A stretch of 64,000 nt of DNA from IMG/VR virus record IMGVR_UViG_3300046517_002304, positions 1 through 64,000 of that record. One strand, written 5' to 3'. The translations under genes and the position numbers were made by a program. The notes under the pieces were generated by a model. The model worked only from the letters and a program-made list of their open reading frames with translations, made no database searches and was not told the DNA's origin. This document shows positions 37,925 to 45,966 of this stretch, one piece after another (position 1 is the first letter of the stretch; every line of letters begins with the position of its first letter).

Positions 37925-39145
37925 TTATACTCCTTTAGTTTCGGCTACATTTAGTTTCAACCCAGGGTAAAAATCATCATCTTTCTCCAATACATGAATT
38001 ATACTATTCAAAGTATCTGTATCTCCAGCGTCAAGCTGTACGACATAACCGTCATGAATATTAAACATGATATTTTTGTGTTTGTGGAAAAGTTGAATTA
38101 GTTTATGCTGGCAAACTGTTGCAGCGGCTGACTGTATCAGGAAATTCCCAACCTGATATTTATGATCAACCTTCTTAATTCTACCAAAATAATTCTGCGC
38201 TACCGTGTCGCTATTAACGCTATCCAACCACTTAAAAACATCGGGAATTCTATTTTTTATTAAAGACAAAATCTTAACAACATGCTCCCTGCCTATACCA
38301 GAATTTTCTGATAACGTGTCTGGACCACCACCATAAATAAATGGTAAAAATAATAACTTCATCTTCTTGCGAGATGCAGATGAGCATTCTTGCCTAAACA
38401 AATCTTTGTATAAGTTACAATAAAAATCAGAGCCGTTAATAAGTTTAAGCAACTCTTTGTCTTGTGACAACCACTGTAGAACAGAAACTTCCATATGCTT
38501 GTAATCAACTGTCCAAATTTCCTTATTATATCCACTTGGTTTTATCTTCTCTTTAATTTCCGGCGACAAAGTATGAGGGACAATATATCTTTCATTTACC
38601 TTGCTACACGACATCCTGCCTTGTGACTGCCCTTCAATCTCATAATTAGTATACCGGACATTTTTGCCGACGATTATTTTCATATTCTCTAATGACGGAA
38701 TGACTTCGGTAATCAAAGGAAGATGAACATTTTTATAGACCGATTTCCATGTATCCGGCAACTCTTTAAAAATACCAACGGCATCTAAAAACGTCTCGGG
38801 GCAAGAAACGGGTAAGCCGCAAAAAGCGGCAATTACCTTTAAATCTATAATCTTTCCATCAAATTTAGAAAAACCGTTATCTCCAAATCTATGTTTTATA
38901 TGCGAAACAAATCTCTTAAAATCATATACTAAAATCGTTTTCTGATGAAAGAGTTCTTGCAAAACTGTTAAATTACTTCTAAAACTACCGTCTATTTCAA
39001 AATTAAAACAGTAGTTTTGATTACTCAATTCTAGTTTTCCAGAAAATGTATCTGTGAAATCAACGATTTCTGGAATCGTCCTAAAGAAAAGAACGCCGCT
39101 ATCCTTAAAATGACTAATATGACTCACAAAATCAAATAAAAGCAT
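37925..39145 (-). CDS. Short family A DNA polymerase-like protein
   Basis: GRMS, motif A DYKHME, motif B RKKMKLLFLPFIYG, NFLIQSAAA, motif C IHDG. Confidence 0.8.
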   Translation of the reverse strand: MLLFDFVSHISHFKDSGVLFFRTIPEIVDFTDTFSGKLELSNQNYCFNFEIDGSFRSNLTVLQELFHQKTILVYDFKRFVSHIKHRFGDNGFSKFDGKIIDLKVIAAFCGLPVSCPETFLDAVGIFKELPDTWKSVYKNVHLPLITEVIPSLENMKIIVGKNVRYTNYEIEGQSQGRMSCSKVNERYIVPHTLSPEIKEKIKPSGYNKEIWTVDYKHMEVSVLQWLSQDKELLKLINGSDFYCNLYKDLFRQECSSASRKKMKLLFLPFIYGGGPDTLSENSGIGREHVVKILSLIKNRIPDVFKWLDSVNSDTVAQNYFGRIKKVDHKYQVGNFLIQSAAATVCQHKLIQLFHKHKNIMFNIHDGYVVQLDAGDTDTLNSIIHVLEKDDDFYPGLKLNVAETKGV

Positions 39146-39154
39146 GTGTACCAG

Positions 39155-40279
39155 TTATCGTGAAATTTCCACTGCGACGTTAAGATTCAACTTAAAAAAC
39201 TCATCTTGTATGACGGATGCTATGTATTCTGCGTGTTTGTCTTGTGCTAAGATACAATCATGAACTGTCAATATCTGCACATCTGGATTTTCACTCATTA
39301 TCCTTTTGCAAATCTTATGAATGAATATATCCGACTCAATCTTCTGCAATTCTCTGGCTAAGTTTTTATAATCATCTTTCTTGTAGAACTGGATAGCATC
39401 TGAAATCGTTGGGAAATACTTAGCAAATTTTTTTGCAGTCTTTCTACCAAAGAAAACATTTTTAAATAACCGATTTTTTATATTTTTTTTATCACTTTCA
39501 TTTATTTTATATAATTCAGAACAATGATTGTAGAATACACCCATCTCAGTTAGTTTTCTATATTCTAAAACATCCTGATTATTTTTAATATAATTTTTAT
39601 TAATCAATTTATCAACAAGCAGATTCAATAAAAGAGGCTGACAATTCTTTATATCAATTTGGGTTAACTTTTCGCCATTAATCATTAATTGCTTACGATG
39701 AGATCTTTTAAGAGTTGTAATATTGGTGTGCGTTCTGCCATAAGTATCAACATGCAGATATACTTTTTTATTTTTAATCCAATCCACCACCTTGGCATGA
39801 TGTATATTTAACTCGCCAAAATGACTATCATCAATGCTAGTTTGCTTTAAACACGCATATAAATATTCATAAATATTGCCTTTAGCAGTTAATTTATGAC
39901 GATTTCGCTTCTTTAGCTTCTTAATAAGCACCGCATCATCTACGGAAACAGTTCTATATCCATGTTCGTAAAGTGGAGCAATACGATAATTTTGAGAAAA
40001 TCTCCCAACACTATAGGTTTTATTAACTAAAATAACATCGCAATCTATCAATAATTTTTTGTATTCCAAGTACCTTCTAGTAAACATGTTTTCAAGATAC
40101 TTCCAATGCAGCTTGGCCCAAAGATCATGGTCTCTACCATGCGTCATACCCCGCACACACACCATTTCAACAAACCAATACATGCGCTGCAAATGCTTCT
40201 TAGACTTCAAATGTTTATACTTTTCCGGTATGATATTTTCTAAAATTAAATTTTTAGGAACAAATATTCTGTATTTCAT
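39155..40279 (-). CDS. Divergent superfamily-A polymerase-like protein
   Basis: GRTHTNIT, DIKNCQP, LQKIES, TVHDC; probable start MKYRIF at 40279. Confidence 0.6.
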   Translation of the reverse strand: MKYRIFVPKNLILENIIPEKYKHLKSKKHLQRMYWFVEMVCVRGMTHGRDHDLWAKLHWKYLENMFTRRYLEYKKLLIDCDVILVNKTYSVGRFSQNYRIAPLYEHGYRTVSVDDAVLIKKLKKRNRHKLTAKGNIYEYLYACLKQTSIDDSHFGELNIHHAKVVDWIKNKKVYLHVDTYGRTHTNITTLKRSHRKQLMINGEKLTQIDIKNCQPLLLNLLVDKLINKNYIKNNQDVLEYRKLTEMGVFYNHCSELYKINESDKKNIKNRLFKNVFFGRKTAKKFAKYFPTISDAIQFYKKDDYKNLARELQKIESDIFIHKICKRIMSENPDVQILTVHDCILAQDKHAEYIASVIQDEFFKLNLNVAVEISR

Positions 40280-40487
40280 ACAGTGTACATCGTGCCAAAT
40301 GCATTTTTCCATTAGTGGTATTCGAAAAAAAACACAGGGATGTGTGGCTAATGATTGATAGGACACAATTTAGATCTTTTTAGTACTTTAAGTACCTAGG
40401 ATTTTATTGTACTTTTCTAATATTATTAGTACTTCTGATTTATTAATACAAACATTAATGATTAATCATTGAGAGTACGATAAACAT

Positions 40488-41174
40488 ATGATGTTAATAG
40501 AAGAATTGATCTTTAATTATAAGATAACTGATGATAAAGAGAAACTATCAGTATTCATATCTCATCTCTTCTACTCATACGTACAGAAACTCTTTCCTAA
40601 TAATAACATGGTTAGGTTCTCTTGGAAGAAAGACCCTAGAGAAAACATTCTCTTTAAATACTGCTATAAACTTGTAAATGAAACAAGCGGTAAACTTAAC
40701 GCTACCGACTATGAAATATACCTAAGAGCACAAATAGCTGTAATTAAGAACGTTCATGATGTTCTCGCTAAAGATATCATGATTTCCGAACGTTGCTTAG
40801 TAGGAGAAAAGGCGTGGAAAAGATATGTATTTTACAAACATCAGTATGATTTAAAATTACAGCTTAAGTCTGCGAAAGAAGTTGGGGTAAGCTTGCATGA
40901 TTACAGTTTCGTTATTAATGAATTAAAACGATCTAAAAAAGTGCTGACCGCTAAATTAGGTGATTTAAATAAAGAATCTATAGAAAAAGCAGTAAATGGC
41001 AGAGCTATTTTTAGATGGCATGCCGTTGGTTTAATTTCAGGTTACTATCTTGCCTTATCGGAAATTGCTAAGAAAAGCCAATTTTATCCTGACTTGTCAT
41101 TGTATAGAGACGGCCTGACGCCTGAAGTTAAAGAGTTTTTTAAACAAGAATTTGGCTATGAGATTATAAATTAA
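40488..41174 (+). CDS. Hypothetical protein
   Basis: 228 aa, divergent from the polymerase-like pair. Confidence 0.7.
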   Translation: MMLIEELIFNYKITDDKEKLSVFISHLFYSYVQKLFPNNNMVRFSWKKDPRENILFKYCYKLVNETSGKLNATDYEIYLRAQIAVIKNVHDVLAKDIMISERCLVGEKAWKRYVFYKHQYDLKLQLKSAKEVGVSLHDYSFVINELKRSKKVLTAKLGDLNKESIEKAVNGRAIFRWHAVGLISGYYLALSEIAKKSQFYPDLSLYRDGLTPEVKEFFKQEFGYEIIN

Positions 41175-41500
41175 GCCATTTGCGACAGATGAAAGTTTCT
41201 GCGATCTTTAATTTTACTAAACTCCCCGATCAGATCTCTATCTAGGCTAATTTTTTTAGCTTCCATGTCAGATTGACCGTCTTTTTTGACGGTCCACTCA
41301 ACACTTATCTGCCCATGTTTTAACATATCCATCAGTTTTTCGGCAGCGTATGGACCTTCCCAAGGCATATTGTATAACGGGCGTATTACGTATTTGCGGT
41401 CATTGCCTTCTAAAAGAAGCATGGGTGGCTCTTCTGCGACTTCCTGCCCGAATAGTGGGACACCATAGTTTTCTTTGATGTACTGTAAGAAACTCTTCAT
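41171..41500 (-). CDS. GYF_2 (DUF4339)-like protein with capsid-targeting-like N-terminus
   Basis: GPYAAEKLMDMLKHGQISVEWTVKKDG; starts MKSFLQYIKE. Confidence 0.6.
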   Translation of the reverse strand: MKSFLQYIKENYGVPLFGQEVAEEPPMLLLEGNDRKYVIRPLYNMPWEGPYAAEKLMDMLKHGQISVEWTVKKDGQSDMEAKKISLDRDLIGEFSKIKDRRNFHLSQMA

Positions 41501-41679
41501 TACTTACAAATACATGGATTACAACTGCAACCCATTCCCTTGCAACAAGCGGTTGGCATGCCTGGTTTGCACCCGCAATTTTTGGTGCAAGAGCACTGAG
41601 ATGTATTAACAACCCCAAATAAACGGTACCCACCGGCGATGGCCAGTAAAATTGCTGTTACAAATATAAAGTTTTTCAT
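41500..41679 (-). CDS. Exported metallothionein-like Cys-rich peptide (59 aa)
   Basis: Manual translation MKNFIFVTAILLAIAGGYRLFGVVNTSQCSCTKNCGCKPGMPTACCKGMGCSCNPCICK; AGGAG SD and TAAATA upstream; TAATG-coupled to the next gene. Confidence 0.8.
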   Translation of the reverse strand: MKNFIFVTAILLAIAGGYRLFGVVNTSQCSCTKNCGCKPGMPTACCKGMGCSCNPCICK

Positions 41680-41707
41680 AATTTTTCTCCTATAGTATTT
41701 AGTTTTT

Positions 41708-42637
41708 TTAGTAGGAATCTAGTAAATGCATGATAATATGAGCCATTTTCTTTACATGCATGGATGGTGATAGATGTACGTCCCACGAAACAATATCTGG
41801 AACCCATCTATGGACTCTAATCGGCGATGAGATTTCTTGTCCGATACACTTAACTAAACCTGTTTTAGGATTGAAGCTCATGTCAATATTGAATTGCTCC
41901 AGTCGTTCGCCATCAACAGGTCTCATCATGCCGCCGCCGCGAACACTAAAGTAAGTAATGTATCTGTTGTTATTTATTCTTTTAGTTTTCTCATAGATAA
42001 ACCATTCTGGCTTCTCATTTTGAACCCAACTGTCTATCATCTTCACCAAAGGCAGTAGATCGTATTCTTTTTCAGGGTTTAATGGTTTTTCTTTTACTAA
42101 ATGCTCCATATTTTCCCATATTACATCTATAATTTTATTCTCTACATCTGGATCTTCTGATTTTGGCTTAAACTGTATTAATGGTATAGCAGATATACAC
42201 TGCCAAACTAACTCGCCCTCAAAATTATGGCTTAAAACCGATACAAATGCCTTCCAAGAACCGAGTGGGCTTAAGTCTAGTTCTATTGCGCCTTCATTGT
42301 ACTCGCCATGAGCAATATCTTTATTGCTATTTTTATTTTTGTGACCCCATATAATGCTATCACTCCATATCTCTATTGGTTTTAGCGCACCTAACTTTCG
42401 CTTAGACAAAGTATCAATAATTACACCCGCTTCTGCGGGTTGAATAGCATGGTTGTTTTTAGATATTGGTTGGAGTTTACTAAGTTTTCCAAAGCCGAAA
42501 ATATCTTTGTGCTTCCCGAAGTATTCTTCTGGCTCTGCTCTTTTGGGAAGTTTTTGAAGATTTGGGTCTATAACAGGCCGTTCTTTGGATTTAAATCCAA
42601 ACATGTCTTCTTGCATCCAGTTAGCGAAACTTCCCAT
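41708..42637 (-). CDS. Hypothetical protein with capsid-targeting-like N-terminus
   Basis: MGSFANWMQED; TAAATA-N4-ATG. Confidence 0.7.
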   Translation of the reverse strand: MGSFANWMQEDMFGFKSKERPVIDPNLQKLPKRAEPEEYFGKHKDIFGFGKLSKLQPISKNNHAIQPAEAGVIIDTLSKRKLGALKPIEIWSDSIIWGHKNKNSNKDIAHGEYNEGAIELDLSPLGSWKAFVSVLSHNFEGELVWQCISAIPLIQFKPKSEDPDVENKIIDVIWENMEHLVKEKPLNPEKEYDLLPLVKMIDSWVQNEKPEWFIYEKTKRINNNRYITYFSVRGGGMMRPVDGERLEQFNIDMSFNPKTGLVKCIGQEISSPIRVHRWVPDIVSWDVHLSPSMHVKKMAHIIMHLLDSY

Positions 42638-42660
42638 ACCTTATTTAGTTGAATTTAAAA

Positions 42661-43191
42661 TTAAAACTGCTCATTAGTACCCTTCACAAAATTATAAAAA
42701 TCAGCTAGTTCATCATTTGACCTAGGAAGATACTTATTTTGAGAACGGTCAAAATCCTGCGCAGCCTTTCGTCCGTACACCTTTATTACTCTTGCTTTAG
42801 ATGGGTCGTTAACAAAAAATTCGTTACCGAAACCCCGGCTAGATTGGAAATATTGATTTCTTGGAACTTGAGTCATGTCAATTAAGGCTACGTATTGCCT
42901 ATTTCCATAGCTTGACCAGTTAGCCAGATGAGATGTGATCATAAATTTACCAACGTCTACCCCTCCTGTAGCCAAGCTAGACATATCTCTAGGGCCTTTG
43001 TTTGGGTCTATCTGAAAATTAGGATCATCTGTCCAATGCCAATACAAACCATGCTTAATTTGTATTTGATAATCTTGATAAAAATCTTTTAAAGATGGAG
43101 CCTTTATGGCTTCAGCGGCAAGTCCACGAAGAATGGCGGTTTTTAGGTTCCACTTGCGAGATTCTTCTAGGAATAGCTTAAATGAACTCAT
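42661..43191 (-). CDS. Possible ADP-ribosyltransferase-fold protein with capsid-targeting-like N-terminus
   Basis: LYWHWT..FMITS..NEFFV spacing resembles the H-Y/S-E ART core; starts MSSFKLFLEE. Confidence 0.45.
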   Translation of the reverse strand: MSSFKLFLEESRKWNLKTAILRGLAAEAIKAPSLKDFYQDYQIQIKHGLYWHWTDDPNFQIDPNKGPRDMSSLATGGVDVGKFMITSHLANWSSYGNRQYVALIDMTQVPRNQYFQSSRGFGNEFFVNDPSKARVIKVYGRKAAQDFDRSQNKYLPRSNDELADFYNFVKGTNEQF

Positions 43192-43208
43192 GCAATATAT
43201 ATTGTATG
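43189..43208. promoter_or_regulatory. Bidirectional TATATA box with ATG 4 nt away on each strand
   Basis: CAT-gcaa-TATATA-ttgt-ATG. Confidence 0.7.
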
Positions 43209-43496
43209 CAAACCTTTAAACAGTATTGGGAATCTCGGGTTTTAGGCGCAGATGACATTAAGCGAATTATCTTTAACTCGCTTGGGATCAATATTGACAG
43301 CGCGCAGGAAAAAGACTATCTTAACAATAATCTTTCTGACTACAGCAACCGAAATGAGATTTTACGCGCACAGGCGATTAGAGAGTTGCCAAATTTTGAT
43401 GAAATCAAAAGAGTTATTACCGTAGACTACAACAAATTCACAATCGGTACTCTAATAAGCTACATAGACAAATTGGTAAATCCAGGAGAAATCTGA
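43206..43496 (+). CDS. Hypothetical protein with capsid-targeting-like N-terminus
   Basis: MQTFKQYWES. Confidence 0.7.
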   Translation: MQTFKQYWESRVLGADDIKRIIFNSLGINIDSAQEKDYLNNNLSDYSNRNEILRAQAIRELPNFDEIKRVITVDYNKFTIGTLISYIDKLVNPGEI

Positions 43497-44293
43497 TGCC
43501 ACAAAGATTTTTGATGTCGTATCCAGAGTTTTTTGACGTAAATTACGAAATCAACACTTGGATGGACGTAAAAAACAAGCCTGATAACTTTCTTGCCAAT
43601 AAACAGTGGCGAAGACTGTATCAGTTGCTTATTACATTAGGGGCAAATGTTGACGTTGTAGACGGCCATAAAGATTATCCTGATTTAGTTTTTACTGCTA
43701 ATGCAGGAACGGTTAAGGGAAAGGTTTTTATTCCTTCTAATTTCAAGTATAAGGAACGACAAGGCGAATCTTTGATATATAACAGATGGTTTGCCGAAAA
43801 TGGTTTTGAGTTAAAATCTCTACCATCAGAAGTTTCTTTTGAAGGGCACGGAGACGCGATATTCTTTCAAGACAAACTGATTCAGGGACATGGATTTCGT
43901 AGTTCTTATGAATCTCATCAAAAATTAAGCGACTTATTAGAAACCGAAGTTGTGCCTGTAGAGTTGACGAATGGTCATTTTTATCATTTAGATACTTGTC
44001 TTTTTGTTCTGAATCAAGCCACTCCATCTATTATTTATTTCCCAGGCGCTTTTTCACCAGAGAGTGTGGCGGTAATTGAAGGATTACCATGCGATAAACT
44101 ACAAATATCAGAAGATGAAGCGCATGGATTTGCTTGTAATGCAATACAGGTAGGAGGGTGCGTGATTTTATCTGAAGGATGTGAAGAAACTGCGGAATGG
44201 CTAATGGATAGAGGGATTAAAGTATTTTTTAACGATGTAAGCCAGTTTAACTTGGCTGGTGGCGGGAACGCCTGTATGGTGTTGGAAATTTAA
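43496..44293 (+). CDS. Amidinotransferase/DDAH-family (arginine dihydrolase-like) enzyme
   Basis: FLMSYPEFFDVNYEINTWM, PDLVFTANAG, FEGHGD, YHLDT, GGNACM. Confidence 0.88.
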   Translation: MPQRFLMSYPEFFDVNYEINTWMDVKNKPDNFLANKQWRRLYQLLITLGANVDVVDGHKDYPDLVFTANAGTVKGKVFIPSNFKYKERQGESLIYNRWFAENGFELKSLPSEVSFEGHGDAIFFQDKLIQGHGFRSSYESHQKLSDLLETEVVPVELTNGHFYHLDTCLFVLNQATPSIIYFPGAFSPESVAVIEGLPCDKLQISEDEAHGFACNAIQVGGCVILSEGCEETAEWLMDRGIKVFFNDVSQFNLAGGGNACMVLEI

Positions 44294-44296
44294 TTA

Positions 44297-44695
44297 TTAT
44301 ATGGGAGTAAACTTCCCAAACATTTTGCATGCGGCATCGCATAATTGAATTGACAACGATATATTCTTTTGATCAATGGCATCTTTTAATTCAAAAACCT
44401 TTTTCTGAAGTTCTTTTAGGAAATCTAATATTTTAATTGTCGCGCCATATTTTGGTCTTACAGACATTTTATCTATACCATCCTGTATTGCTTCGTAACA
44501 TCGCCCCAACATTCTTTCTGCCCAATGAATATCTCTAGTTCCCTTGCTGGCCATATCCAGCATTTCTTTAGTCATAAATATTGGCTCGCCGATTGAGTTT
44601 AGGATACTTATCATAAATCCAGTAAACATTTCTTCATCCGTATACATTGGAGCATCGTTTCCGTCATTCTCTAGCCACAGTTTAAAACTACTCAT
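44297..44695 (-). CDS. Hypothetical protein with capsid-targeting-like N-terminus
   Basis: MSSFKLWLEND. Confidence 0.7.
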   Translation of the reverse strand: MSSFKLWLENDGNDAPMYTDEEMFTGFMISILNSIGEPIFMTKEMLDMASKGTRDIHWAERMLGRCYEAIQDGIDKMSVRPKYGATIKILDFLKELQKKVFELKDAIDQKNISLSIQLCDAACKMFGKFTPI

Positions 44696-44901
44696 TTATG
44701 CTTCTTTCTTCGCTTTCGCTTTTTTTCATGGCTAGTATAATAACCACCCCATGACCATACTGGCATTGCCATAGGCAGTCCAAATCCCCCACCGGCACCA
44801 CCATTTGATCCGGCTCCGCACATACCTCCTGTGCCGCCAGCTCCCGCCATCCCACCGCCACAACCACATTGTTCCATACGCCATTGTTCAAATGTTTTCA
44901 T
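44692..44901 (-). CDS. Small Gly-rich protein with basic tail and capsid-targeting-like N-terminus
   Basis: MKTFEQWRME..GGG..KKRKRRKKHK; TAAATA-N4-ATG. Confidence 0.7.
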   Translation of the reverse strand: MKTFEQWRMEQCGCGGGMAGAGGTGGMCGAGSNGGAGGGFGLPMAMPVWSWGGYYTSHEKKRKRRKKHK

Positions 44902-44943
44902 GCTATATTTACTATTTTTTACGCAAACATTTAATATGAATTT

Positions 44944-45516
44944 TTATGGTTTACCGAGACTCAAGGCTCTAACGCCCCATCCTAAGTATATGCCATAGGT
45001 GATTCGTTCCGCGTCAAGCATAAGCATATTGGTTGCCTTAAGCCAACTATTGATAATTTCAATGGTAATTGGTCGCTCATGCGCCTTTGACACACCGGAT
45101 ACATGTTCCGCCGACTCATTTTGAGCATCTAACGAACGATTGTCTTCTGGACATGTTATAATTAAAATTCCGCCTGGTTTTAATACGTTTCTTGTATTTG
45201 TGATTATTGTTTTAGCATCTTCATCACTAAAGTGTTCTAGTATATCTCCTAAAACAGCGACATCTGCGGTCGCATTAAATGGGAATGGTAATCTAGCATC
45301 GTGAATAATATCGGCTTGAGTTGGGCAATCATTGGCTCCAGACCATTGATTTATATCAATGTTGATAGCTTGAAAGTCATACTTTAATAAGCCGCAGTCA
45401 ATGTCGCATCCGATATTAAGAATCCTTTGCCCTTTTTGAAGGTACTTTCTTTGGAAGACATATTGATGTAGTTGGCGGCAGACTTCTAGTTTTGCGGCAG
45501 CTTCTTCTGGCGTCAT
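44944..45516 (-). CDS. Class I SAM methyltransferase (Methyltransf_11-like)
   Basis: ILNIGC, NIDI, LPF, DILEH, VLKPGG.LIITCP. Confidence 0.85.
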   Translation of the reverse strand: MTPEEAAAKLEVCRQLHQYVFQRKYLQKGQRILNIGCDIDCGLLKYDFQAINIDINQWSGANDCPTQADIIHDARLPFPFNATADVAVLGDILEHFSDEDAKTIITNTRNVLKPGGILIITCPEDNRSLDAQNESAEHVSGVSKAHERPITIEIINSWLKATNMLMLDAERITYGIYLGWGVRALSLGKP

Positions 45517-45553
45517 AATAGATTTTCCTTATAGTGAATCTATTATAGGTGGT

Positions 45554-45739
45554 TTATTTTACTTTTTTAACCTTCTTCTTTTTAATAATTATATTTGGCA
45601 TATCACAGGCGCAACATCCGGTTTCAGAAGTTTCATCTTTTTGCGGCATAGATTGAGTGTTGGATGAACAGGCATCGCTTCCTGCCATATTGTCTAAGGA
45701 AGTTTCTTTAATTTTAATCCACTCATGGAAAGTTTGCAT
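45554..45739 (-). CDS. Small protein with capsid-targeting-like N-terminus and Lys tail
   Basis: MQTFHEWIKIKE..CCAC..KKKKVKKVK. Confidence 0.6.
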   Translation of the reverse strand: MQTFHEWIKIKETSLDNMAGSDACSSNTQSMPQKDETSETGCCACDMPNIIIKKKKVKKVK

Positions 45740-45750
45740 ATATATTATAT

Positions 45751-45954
45751 ATGGCCGCTTGCCCTACTATCATCAGTTCTGAAGACCCCACTTTTCCAGA
45801 ATTTCAGAGGCCCTATACGCCGATTACGTATCAGAGTTGCCGTGGGTGCGCCGATTCACAGGTTACAGATAATGCATATCCATTGCCCGATCTAGTGATA
45901 AATAATACACCAAAAGTCGTAGTAGGAAGATTATCTCGTCAAGATTTTTCTTGA
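45751..45954 (+). CDS. Hypothetical protein
   Basis: 67 aa, divergent from 45739 across an 11-nt AT spacer. Confidence 0.55.
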   Translation: MAACPTIISSEDPTFPEFQRPYTPITYQSCRGCADSQVTDNAYPLPDLVINNTPKVVVGRLSRQDFS

Positions 45955-45966
45955 AATTGACGATAA

